The translations under genes were made by a program, and so were the position numbers. Positions 9,926 to 18,126 of a stretch of 20,000 nucleotides of DNA are shown here, in pieces; the first letter of the stretch is position 1; the number at the start of each line of letters is the position of its first letter. Under the pieces are notes generated by a model. It worked only from the letters and a program-made list of their open reading frames with translations. It ran no database searches and was not told the origin of the DNA. The stretch is from an uncultured virus (IMG/VR IMGVR_UViG_3300020183_004466). Taxonomy: Duplodnaviria > Heunggongvirae > Uroviricota > Caudoviricetes. The stretch is from the IMG/VR virus record IMGVR_UViG_3300020183_004466; one strand, 5' to 3'.

Positions 9926-10105
9926 TTAAGCTTTAGTGTTTTTAGTTTCTTGTACATTAACTCTTAGATCTTGAGCTAATTTCTTAAGATCCTGACAAGC
10001 TGTTCTTACACGTGTACCAGCAGACTTGTTACCTTTAACATAAAAAGCTTCGATGTCCTTAGACATGCTTTCTACCAATTCCTTGATTTTTTCGTAATTT
10101 TCCAT
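9926..10105 (-). CDS. Histone H1-like protein, Hc1 family, 59 aa (missing from the ORF track)
   Basis: Manual translation MENYEKIKELVESMSKDIEAFYVKGNKSAGTRVRTACQDLKKLAQDLRVNVQETKNTKA*. KGNKSAGTRVR is the Hc1 signature of the short Bacteroidota form. Confidence 0.9.
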   Translation of the reverse strand: MENYEKIKELVESMSKDIEAFYVKGNKSAGTRVRTACQDLKKLAQDLRVNVQETKNTKA

Positions 10106-10121
10106 TGTTAAATATTTTATT

Positions 10122-10151
10122 ATTTTACAGCAAATCTATTAAAATGTTTCA
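10122..10151 (-). promoter_or_regulatory. Candidate early/middle promoter TGAAAC-N18-TAAAAT upstream of Hc1
   Basis: TGAAAC at 10151-10146 and TAAAAT at 10127-10122, 16 nt before the ATG. Confidence 0.6.
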
Positions 10152-10193
10152 TTTTTTAATGTATTTGGCAAAAAATAATAGATTTTTGTTGTT

Positions 10194-10499
10194 TTATACC
10201 TTAGATAACTTTAATATTCTTTTACCTAATGGAGTTAATGAGAAGTAGTTTGCTTCCTCCTCTTGGACTTTATATTTAATATATTTCTTTTGTCCTCTAA
10301 TCCAATTCATAGAAGGCTTCTTTCCAGAAGCATCTTCTGGTATGCCATCTAAAAATTCAATAAGCTCTCTCTTAGTTACTTTCTCCTTCTCGGATATAAA
10401 TGAAAGTACTTTTATCGATGTAGCTGAAGGCTTTGCCCAAGCTATTGGTATTCTGGATTCGTTTATAAATTCTTTATATGAAAGAATATTATTAATCAT
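10194..10499 (-). CDS. Putative winged-helix DNA-binding protein with capsid-targeting-like N-terminus (101 aa; start revised from 10574)
   Basis: ATG at 10499 overlaps the upstream stop by 8 nt and gives MINNILSYKEFINES. KVLSFISEKEKVTKRELIEFL...YFSLTPLGKRIL is wHTH-like. Confidence 0.7.
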   Translation of the reverse strand: MINNILSYKEFINESRIPIAWAKPSATSIKVLSFISEKEKVTKRELIEFLDGIPEDASGKKPSMNWIRGQKKYIKYKVQEEEANYFSLTPLGKRILKLSKV

Positions 10500-11028
10500 G
10501 ATCTCTTCTTGTATAAAGTAAAGTTCTTTCCTCTGGGCCTTCCTGGATACTCCATTTTTCGTAGCTCCATTCATCCATTAAAGATCGAGCTCTATCTTCA
10601 TATTCAGGTAAATCCATATTTAAATTCATAAGGATCTCGTCATATATCTTTGAAACTTTAGGATTATTTTGTAAATAATCCTTTATAGCTTCGCTCATTA
10701 TCCTATAAAATCTCATGAATTCTGATTTATTAAGATCAAAATCCTCATCTTCTCTTGATTTATAATCCGTGTCTTTAACTAAAAAATCATCAAGAACACT
10801 TACCTTTATAGGTTCTGCTGATATTACGCAATAACTATTTTCAGCTTCATCTATAGAAGCTCCCCTGGATAGTTTACCTATGTTTATTATAAATCCAAGG
10901 GCGTCTTCCTCTCCTTCTATTTTAAAAAAGTATTTGGAAACCTTGCCCTCTTTCTTTTTAACAAAGAAGTCCCTTCCGAAACCATCTTCTTCCATTAGAA
11001 ACTGTTCAAATAATTTTAAGTATCTCAT
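10492..11028 (-). CDS. Hypothetical acidic protein with capsid-targeting-like N-terminus
   Basis: 178 aa, MRYLKLFEQFLMEE, tightly packed in the operon. Confidence 0.8.
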   Translation of the reverse strand: MRYLKLFEQFLMEEDGFGRDFFVKKKEGKVSKYFFKIEGEEDALGFIINIGKLSRGASIDEAENSYCVISAEPIKVSVLDDFLVKDTDYKSREDEDFDLNKSEFMRFYRIMSEAIKDYLQNNPKVSKIYDEILMNLNMDLPEYEDRARSLMDEWSYEKWSIQEGPEERTLLYTRRDHD

Positions 11029-11030
11029 AA

Positions 11031-11303
11031 TTAGCTATCTCCTTTTCTTGGAAAAACTGCAGAGGTGTTAGGAATATATCTTTTCTTATTTCTTTTAAAG
11101 ATTTCTCCTCTTACAACGTTTCCGTAATATTTATCTATAAGGTTCCAACCTTCTTCTAGTTCTTGTAAGTCTATATCATCTAGTTTAGAAAACTCCTCCT
11201 TAACCATGTTTATTTTTTCCATGGCTTCTTCTAGAAGTTTTTTACTATTAGAAAGGTCATACTTATAGGTATGACCCTCCTTTATTTGACTATATTTTTT
11301 CAT
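11031..11303 (-). CDS. Hypothetical protein, 90 aa, immediately downstream of the AAA+ ATPase
   Basis: ATG abuts the ATPase stop codon; predicted helical. Confidence 0.8.
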   Translation of the reverse strand: MKKYSQIKEGHTYKYDLSNSKKLLEEAMEKINMVKEEFSKLDDIDLQELEEGWNLIDKYYGNVVRGEIFKRNKKRYIPNTSAVFPRKGDS

Positions 11304-12911
11304 TTAGAACTCTTGTCCAACTTTAGCTCCCCATCGATCTGCTAAAGGTGCAAGACAAGCAAGCATTGCAGGATCTTTAGTAAATTCTGGATGAAGCTTA
11401 AAGAAAGTTGTAATTTGCGCTGCTCCTTCTTCCTCCTTATCTATTCTTTCTAACCATTTAGCATAGTTACAAACTTCTTTTGGAGTTAGTGCCATTTCTT
11501 TACCCTTTCTCATAACAGCACCAAATAAAGCGTGTGTATAATCAGGTTTGTCTCCTTTGTCTGCAGGAACTGGAGCTTTATCTGGGTCAGTGTAAGGTAA
11601 AACAAGTTCTCTTACTGGAATGTCTTTAGCAATTCTATAGAAATTCAAGAAAGCTACCGTAGCATCATTACCTACGTTTTTAGAAAATTCTTTCTTTATA
11701 ACATCCTCAGGAATTGTTGTAATTCCTTTTGCTTCCAATTCTCTAATAACCCTTCTTAAAGAGTTAGAAGCATCAACCCAAGCTCTAGGTGTTGGATATT
11801 TAGTTTTCTTAATGGTAGTATCCAAATTATGGAAGTATATAGGTTGAAATTCTAAGAAGTCTAATAATTCAGGAAGAACGACATCTTTATATCTGCTTCC
11901 TTCTATATAAGATCTAAATCCTTTTATAGTTGGAACGAAGTTAACCGCTTCAAATCTATCTCTAAGTGCAGTACCTAATTCTTTAATGTTTGCTCTATCG
12001 TCCTCTTTTCTGTTACCAGCAGCAACAATATACCATCTAGCTGGAATTTTATAATTGTTACCAATTCTTCTTGATTGTGCAAGTTTCATAAAGATTTTAA
12101 TAACTTCCTCTGGCATACGGTTTAACTCATCAATAAATATAATTCCTCCTCTTCCGTTTCTACCGTTATCATAAGGAAGAATATCTACGTTGATATTAGA
12201 TCTTGTTACACCCTTACCTGCGTAATTACTCTCTGGATCCGGCTCTTCCATAGTTACTACACTAGGTACACCAGCAAAATCAACTGGCTCTGCGTTCTCC
12301 CCGTCTACGTTAACTAAAGAAAGCTTATGTCCATATAATTCTTTTCCTAATTCATCACAAACTTGGGCAACGATTTGTGTTTTACCGATACCAGGAGCTC
12401 CATATATGAATATCGGTTTAACATCTAGTATTCCTCTATAGATATCATCTAGCTCATCTTCAGATGCACCCGATTCTTTAGCTGCTTCCATCTCGTCTGC
12501 AATTCTAAAGATATCTCTCATATTTCTTTTAACAGTCTCTTTTATTTCTTGCTCTGAATAGTCTGGTACGTCATCGGTTATAGGATAAGTTAAAGGAACC
12601 GCATCCTCCCATAGGAAGCTTTCTTCTAACGATTCAGGTATCTGAAGATTATTCATTTTATAATATTCAGTTCCGCTATAGAAGTTGTTAACCTGATCTA
12701 AGATTGATTCACTTTTACTGTCATCAAAAAGTGCCACTCTAGGGGTTCCTTTTTTAGGACCTGATGATATTAATCTAAATATACCAGATCTAACAGCATT
12801 ATATAAATTTTTCGCCCAAGTAGAAACTTTTTTACCTAAATCTGAAAAAAATCCTTCATTCATATAGGATTCGTTTACAAACTCGTCGAAATTATAAATC
12901 CTTTTGCCCAT
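11304..12911 (-). CDS. MoxR-like AAA+ ATPase (AAA_5-type) with an N-terminal extension
   Basis: Walker A GAPGIGKT, Walker B IIFIDE, sensor VAAGN, Arg finger ALRDRF, sensor-2 PTPRAW. Adjacent to a vWA gene. N-terminus MGKRIYNFDEFVNES. Confidence 0.9.
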   Translation of the reverse strand: MGKRIYNFDEFVNESYMNEGFFSDLGKKVSTWAKNLYNAVRSGIFRLISSGPKKGTPRVALFDDSKSESILDQVNNFYSGTEYYKMNNLQIPESLEESFLWEDAVPLTYPITDDVPDYSEQEIKETVKRNMRDIFRIADEMEAAKESGASEDELDDIYRGILDVKPIFIYGAPGIGKTQIVAQVCDELGKELYGHKLSLVNVDGENAEPVDFAGVPSVVTMEEPDPESNYAGKGVTRSNINVDILPYDNGRNGRGGIIFIDELNRMPEEVIKIFMKLAQSRRIGNNYKIPARWYIVAAGNRKEDDRANIKELGTALRDRFEAVNFVPTIKGFRSYIEGSRYKDVVLPELLDFLEFQPIYFHNLDTTIKKTKYPTPRAWVDASNSLRRVIRELEAKGITTIPEDVIKKEFSKNVGNDATVAFLNFYRIAKDIPVRELVLPYTDPDKAPVPADKGDKPDYTHALFGAVMRKGKEMALTPKEVCNYAKWLERIDKEEEGAAQITTFFKLHPEFTKDPAMLACLAPLADRWGAKVGQEF

Positions 12912-12925
12912 TTTATTTTTTATTT

Positions 12926-12933
12926 TATATATC
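12926..12933 (-). promoter_or_regulatory. Candidate late promoter GATATATA
   Basis: 14 nt upstream of the ATPase ATG, in a 27-nt intergenic gap. Confidence 0.6.
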
Positions 12934-12938
12934 TTATT

Positions 12939-13943
12939 TTATATTCTTTTCACATTCTTATTAGCAAGTACTATATCTATCCTTTCTCCGAAAGGCTGTG
13001 GATTAGGATAAGGCAGATCGTCGAATGTTAGGAATACCCAGATACATCTATCTTCATACTGTGAGATCTCGTAATCATCAGGCGAAGGAAAATTTGCTTC
13101 TCCGTCAGTAAAGTATATAAATACGGTTGGCTTTTCTCCATCCTCTAATAGATTTCTCTCTACCCATTTGAATGGTGGCCAGAAATAAGTTCCCCCACCA
13201 CCCGCTATTTTATTAAAATCTGGGCTGTCTCCTGGTTCTAGTATATCCGGTTCATAAACTTGAGTATCACAATATAATATAACTGTTTTTTTAGGTGTAT
13301 ATGACTGGGTTATATTCATAACCTCTCCCAAAAATTGTTCTATCATTTCTCTAGTGATAGATCCAGAAGTATCTATTGCAACAACTACACTTTCGAAATC
13401 TTCCTTGTATTTTTTATAACCATATTGGGCTAATCCTGCTCCTAAAAATCTTCTAGAAGGTAATGTATATTTAGATTTGGATATTGCCTGGTCTATATAC
13501 TTAGATAATTCCGACTTCCAATCAATAACAGGTGTTTTAAGTTTAGTAAGCGCCCTTTTTATAGCTGCTGGAACATTACCTGATGCAGTTGCTAATCTAG
13601 TAACATCTTCCCACTCCTCAGCTAATGCTTCTCCGTTAAGTCCACTGTCTCCGCCAAGATCTCCAAGATCTCCAGGTCTAAGAACTTCGCCTGGATTATA
13701 TCCATCAGGAGCTTTAGATCCTCCACCTCCGGCTCCGCCTTGTTCTGCTCTTTTAAACTCAGATTCTACTTCCTTTAGTTTACCCTCACTATCCCTATCT
13801 GGAACATCATTATCGGGAACATCATTTCCCCACTCATCAACATTCTCTGGTGGTGTAGTATTTACCGGAAGATCTCCACCGCCTCCGCCTCCTCCGCTTT
13901 CTTTATATTCCTGGATTCTTACCCCTGTTATTTTTGCTTTCAT
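12939..13943 (-). CDS. vWA-domain protein (C-terminal part of DUF2201-like proteins)
   Basis: MIDAS VVAIDTSGS (13359-13373), YCDTQV, GGGGT.F, FIYFTDG, preceded by IDWKSEL...PSRR. Gly-rich acidic disordered N-terminus. Confidence 0.88.
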   Translation of the reverse strand: MKAKITGVRIQEYKESGGGGGGGDLPVNTTPPENVDEWGNDVPDNDVPDRDSEGKLKEVESEFKRAEQGGAGGGGSKAPDGYNPGEVLRPGDLGDLGGDSGLNGEALAEEWEDVTRLATASGNVPAAIKRALTKLKTPVIDWKSELSKYIDQAISKSKYTLPSRRFLGAGLAQYGYKKYKEDFESVVVAIDTSGSITREMIEQFLGEVMNITQSYTPKKTVILYCDTQVYEPDILEPGDSPDFNKIAGGGGTYFWPPFKWVERNLLEDGEKPTVFIYFTDGEANFPSPDDYEISQYEDRCIWVFLTFDDLPYPNPQPFGERIDIVLANKNVKRI

Positions 13944-13957
13944 ATATTAAATTCTTT

Positions 13958-14824
13958 TTAGAAGTCTAATTCTTTTTCTATATCATCTCCTAATATATTT
14001 TCACCCTTAGCTTTTCTCTGTAGATATTCTTTAACCTTATTCTTTGGGATAGGATCATAATCAAGATCACCTGATGCCTCATCTATGGATTTAACTATTC
14101 CATAGGAATCGTTGTCCTTATCGTAGATAATATCACCAACTAAAGGATCTTGTGGAGGTGGAGGTGGAGGTGGTGGAGGTGGTGGAGTAGTATCATCTCC
14201 TGGTTCGGGGGAATATCCATTCTCAAGAAGTTTGTTGTATATCCATTCCGCACTTCTGTTTACAAATTCATGGTCATAAGGAACATGACCGCAACCTGGA
14301 TATAAAGAACCCTCTACCATTTCTCCTACGCCTCCCTTAGCTACTGGTTTAGGTTTAGTTGTATTTATTGTCCCTGGATCTATTGGAGTTAATACCTGAT
14401 TAAGAGCATAATCCGCTGCAACATTCCATACACCAGCTTTAGTCTTATCTTTAGGACATCTTAAGAAGTGAACAAGCGTATTATGCAAAACCTCGTGAGC
14501 TATTACCCACATTATTTCTGCGTCACTGTGTTTAAGAACAAAATCAGGATCATAGTGTATACTAACTCCGTCAGTTGCCATTGTTTTAAATCTAAGATTT
14601 CTATTTTCTCTAATTATTAACCTAGATAACATAGAAGAAAAAAATGGATAAGCTCCATTTAAGAAAAACACACAAGCCTTCATTTTTTTAAGTGCTGCTT
14701 GATCTACCGGTCTTTTATCTCTTTCGTCTAAGTATATGGCTTCATTTAACTTATATCCGGATGGATAGTTAAAAGATTTATATTCAAAAATTGCAAAATC
14801 ATTAAAGGATAATATTCTTTTCAT
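13958..14824 (-). CDS. Putative zinc metallopeptidase (DUF2201 N-terminal-like domain)
   Basis: PFF..ML, TMATDG..I.YDPDF, HEVLH (14483-14497), WNVAADYALN, SAEWIY, then an 11-Pro linker. N-terminus MKRILSFNDF. Confidence 0.88.
   Translation of the reverse strand: MKRILSFNDFAIFEYKSFNYPSGYKLNEAIYLDERDKRPVDQAALKKMKACVFFLNGAYPFFSSMLSRLIIRENRNLRFKTMATDGVSIHYDPDFVLKHSDAEIMWVIAHEVLHNTLVHFLRCPKDKTKAGVWNVAADYALNQVLTPIDPGTINTTKPKPVAKGGVGEMVEGSLYPGCGHVPYDHEFVNRSAEWIYNKLLENGYSPEPGDDTTPPPPPPPPPPPQDPLVGDIIYDKDNDSYGIVKSIDEASGDLDYDPIPKNKVKEYLQRKAKGENILGDDIEKELDF
14153..14185 (-). repeat. Poly-proline tract (11 Pro; CCA/CCT repeats)
   Basis: (tggagg)n/(tgg)n microsatellite, in frame. Confidence 0.9.
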
Positions 14825-14841
14825 TAATCTTTTTAATTAAA

Positions 14842-16848
14842 TTATATATCCTCTGCAGATCCATTTATCTGTTTACTAAATTCATTAAAAAGAACTGCTA
14901 TAGATTTAGGAACTTTATTTCTAAACTGCTGAAAATCTCCATCCTTTACGCATTTTCTTATATCATTGTTATTGGACCACTGTGGGGTTTTGTATATTTC
15001 TATATCGTCTCCCTCTAGATCATATTTGTTTCTGATCCATTCTCTTTGGAGAACCATATTTTCAAAATCCCTTTCCCCTATACAAATAGATGAAGGATTA
15101 GCATGTTTTACTACCGCATTTAAAGCGTCTTCTAATAAATTAGAGGTTATTATTTCATATCCTGCAAATAACTTATTATTCTCGGATGTTAAAGAACCTA
15201 TCGCTTTTCTTATTAAATCCTCAGAGAAAGGATATTTTGATCCTGGTTCACTTCCTGGATGAACAACACAAAGGAAAACCGGAAGATTATTCTCCTTCTT
15301 CAATCTTGTACACATTTTCAAGTGACCATTATTGAATGGTTGAAATTTACCTATGACTATATTTACCTTCTGGTTATTTTCGTTTAATATCCTAATTTTT
15401 CTCTTCTCCTTGTGTGTTGATACCACTTTTTTAAAATCTTTAAAAGAGAAGAATTCTGAAGCGTCATCTGGGGTTTCTTTTTTATCCTCTGTTTCATTTA
15501 CCTCTAAGGATTCAATGATTAATTCAGAATTATCTTGAAACGATCCCTCTATTATTTCTTCTAACTCGTCAATTTCTTCCTCCTCATTTAATATGGGATT
15601 AAATCTGCTTCCGACTTTTTTAAACCAAACAAAACTTGGTACTCCTAATGATTCCTCGACAAGATCTTTTTTCTTTGCATTTATGTAATCTGCGATATCT
15701 TCAACCAACATGTTAAATTGTTGTATAAGTCCCTCGGTGAAAAATCCATGTGGCTTTCTTTTAAGCTTTCTAAATGAGTTAAGTATCATTTGAAGTATAT
15801 CAATATAAACCTCGTCGTCCTCTACTTGTTTTAATACCTCCTCATCTTTTATTAGATCCTTGTTTATTTCAAATCCCCCAGATTTTAGATATTCTGGCTT
15901 TTGAAAATCCGCACCAACATATTTTTCCCCCTCCTCGTATATGAATTTTTTAAATACATCAAAAACAAAACTAATGTATCTCTCCTCTGGATCTCCTCCG
16001 TTTGATACAAAGTTCTCCACCCCCTCCTCTAAAATAAAATTCATTACATCTATAAGGCAAAGTGAATAAACATCGCTGGGAAAATATGAAGTTTGAGATA
16101 CCTTCCTACTTCTATTTATTTCGTGAAAAACAGGGTCAACCATCTTTGCTAAAACTGTTTCTTCCTTACCATCTTCGTCCTCAAATCTAAATACTAGTGA
16201 ATCTATTTCCCCTTGGAGATCTTTACCTAGGGTTGTACACTCAGCATTCCTGTTTAAAATCTTTATTAGATACTTAGTAAAGCTTTCAGTCTCAAATCTG
16301 CTTTTAAGATCAGTTAAGGGGGTAGATAAAAAATCCATTATAGATATTTTCTGATCCCTGCTTAATTTTCCTTGAAATATTATAGGAGATCTTTCAACTT
16401 CTAATTTATCTGCCCATTCATCTAATTCTTCCTTATCTTGTAAGTTTTTAATTATGTCACCGAATTCGTCTCTAACAACTACATGAGTTAAAACTAAATT
16501 ATTCTTAGGGACTCTATCATATTCTATTCTAACAGGTTTAGTGTTTGGGAAATAGACCATTCCGAATCTCCATCCCTTTGGAAGTTGATTTATGACATCC
16601 AAAGATAAAGATTCTATGTAACTTATAGGCTTTTCATAATATCTCATTAATATTCTATCAACCTTAGTTATGGGGTTTTCCTGATCTTTTTTATAAAATG
16701 ATATATTATCTCCAGTAAAATCTCTTTCGAAAGAAAAAGAAGGTCCATCTAGATTTTCCGTTACTGTTAAATTTTTATTGAAAAGGTTTTCAATAAAGGA
16801 CTTTCCTTTTTTTTCGTATATGTCCGATAAGTATTTTATTCCAGGCAT
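14842..16848 (-). CDS. Fusion protein: ligase-like N-terminal domain plus C-terminal cytidylyltransferase-like (HxGH superfamily) domain
   Basis: VTENLDG resembles ligase motif I ExxDG with Lys replaced by Asn. SPIIFQG. C-terminal IVIGKFQPFNNGH resembles GRFQPFHxGH. Acidic linker between the domains. Start at 16848 is preferred over 16860 because of the TAATG overlap. Confidence 0.65.
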   Translation of the reverse strand: MPGIKYLSDIYEKKGKSFIENLFNKNLTVTENLDGPSFSFERDFTGDNISFYKKDQENPITKVDRILMRYYEKPISYIESLSLDVINQLPKGWRFGMVYFPNTKPVRIEYDRVPKNNLVLTHVVVRDEFGDIIKNLQDKEELDEWADKLEVERSPIIFQGKLSRDQKISIMDFLSTPLTDLKSRFETESFTKYLIKILNRNAECTTLGKDLQGEIDSLVFRFEDEDGKEETVLAKMVDPVFHEINRSRKVSQTSYFPSDVYSLCLIDVMNFILEEGVENFVSNGGDPEERYISFVFDVFKKFIYEEGEKYVGADFQKPEYLKSGGFEINKDLIKDEEVLKQVEDDEVYIDILQMILNSFRKLKRKPHGFFTEGLIQQFNMLVEDIADYINAKKKDLVEESLGVPSFVWFKKVGSRFNPILNEEEEIDELEEIIEGSFQDNSELIIESLEVNETEDKKETPDDASEFFSFKDFKKVVSTHKEKRKIRILNENNQKVNIVIGKFQPFNNGHLKMCTRLKKENNLPVFLCVVHPGSEPGSKYPFSEDLIRKAIGSLTSENNKLFAGYEIITSNLLEDALNAVVKHANPSSICIGERDFENMVLQREWIRNKYDLEGDDIEIYKTPQWSNNNDIRKCVKDGDFQQFRNKVPKSIAVLFNEFSKQINGSAEDI
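14843..14850 (-). promoter_or_regulatory. Candidate late promoter GATATATA
   Basis: 18 nt upstream of the peptidase ATG, overlapping the upstream stop codon. Confidence 0.6.
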
Positions 16849-17291
16849 TAGTTTAAACAATTAATAATTTTTCTACCTTTTAAATTAGTAATTAAAAGAG
16901 GTCCTATTCTTAAGCTTTTCTTAGGAACGAAATCAGAACTTATTATATATTCCTCTAAAAATTTCATGATATTTGACACTAATAATCTAGATCTATAACT
17001 TATACTATAATTATTAGAGAGTTCGTTTAATATATCTATATAGTCCTCTAGAGAGCTTTTTTTATCAGGGTTAATCAATACATTGAAAATATCTTTTTCG
17101 ATAGTATACACGAGTTCTTTCCCTATAGTTATATTCCAATTTCCTGTAATATCCTCAGTAAGTATTCCATTTTCACCCAATAATGTTATAAACATAAAAT
17201 CATCTCCATCTAAAGAGATGGAGGATATCTTACATCCTGTGTAATGTTGTAAAACAGGGTAAAGTGCTGTACTCTGTATAGGATTAAACAT
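16848..17291 (-). CDS. Hypothetical protein, 147 aa
   Basis: ORF in the operon; its stop overlaps the next ATG. Confidence 0.75.
   Translation of the reverse strand: MFNPIQSTALYPVLQHYTGCKISSISLDGDDFMFITLLGENGILTEDITGNWNITIGKELVYTIEKDIFNVLINPDKKSSLEDYIDILNELSNNYSISYRSRLLVSNIMKFLEEYIISSDFVPKKSLRIGPLLITNLKGRKIINCLN
16944..16951 (-). promoter_or_regulatory. Possible late promoter AATATATA, internal to the upstream CDS
   Basis: 95 nt upstream of ATG 16848; the most distant of the 10 copies. Confidence 0.35.
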
Positions 17292-17298
17292 TTTTTAA

Positions 17299-18120
17299 TT
17301 ATTCCTCGTCGTATTCGTCCTCAACTTCGTCTTCAACCTCGTCATCGTCTCCTTGAGGAACTGTTGCAACATATTCATCACCACCCTCGTCTTCATCTTC
17401 ATCCTCATCTTCATCCTCGTCTTCCTCTCCATAGGTGTATTCTGAATTAGGATCTTCGTATTCATCCTCGTCCTCTTCCTCTATTTCCTCTTCTTCCTCA
17501 ATCTCATTCCAAACTGGTTGCATTTTACAAGTCAAATATCTAGAGAATACCTCACCAGTTTTTCTATCTTCTATAGTAACCATTCTAGGCCCATTGATTT
17601 CATCAAGCTCTATGCTTGCAGCAAACATTTTAGATTCATCTAAATTAGCAAACGGACCAAATGTATAAGCTCCTAGATCCGGAGTTGTCTTTACTTTAAG
17701 AGGCGATGACATCATATCTTTACTATATTGTGTCATTTCACCATTTTTATCAAAATAAAAATCGTCGCACATAGTTACAAAATGATAGTTAGGATCTCCT
17801 CCATCTCCTACCATCTGCTTAGCCATTTCTATGGCTTTAGATTCGTTTACTTTTTTCTTAGCAAAATCAAATTTAGAACCGGTGGATTTAGGTTTTATTC
17901 CCTTCTCCTTTTTATATTTAGCCCAAGCTTTCGATAGGCCATCCATATATTTTTCCTGCTTGTCTTTGTCTCCTTTGAATTTTTTATCAAAGGGTCCAGA
18001 AACACCTTGTTTTTTATGGTACTTCTTAGAGAATTCCAGATACATGTTTCTTTCGTTAACTACCTGGCTTTCTTCTAATTCTTGCTTCTTTTTTTCTACT
18101 GCTAAAGAGAATTTTTTCAT
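17299..18120 (-). CDS. Hypothetical protein with a Lys-rich N-terminal third and a very acidic C-terminal tail
   Basis: 273 aa; the last ~65 residues are mostly Asp/Glu. LEES, VNER and VNES are candidate protease sites. Confidence 0.85.
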   Translation of the reverse strand: MKKFSLAVEKKKQELEESQVVNERNMYLEFSKKYHKKQGVSGPFDKKFKGDKDKQEKYMDGLSKAWAKYKKEKGIKPKSTGSKFDFAKKKVNESKAIEMAKQMVGDGGDPNYHFVTMCDDFYFDKNGEMTQYSKDMMSSPLKVKTTPDLGAYTFGPFANLDESKMFAASIELDEINGPRMVTIEDRKTGEVFSRYLTCKMQPVWNEIEEEEEIEEEDEDEYEDPNSEYTYGEEDEDEDEDEDEDEGGDEYVATVPQGDDDEVEDEVEDEYDEE

Positions 18121-18126
18121 TTTTTA

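Noticed and set aside
10167..10190. Possible hairpin CAAAAA...TTTTTG after the wHTH gene
   Set aside because: The stem is A/U-rich and weak, with no U-tract on the coding strand.
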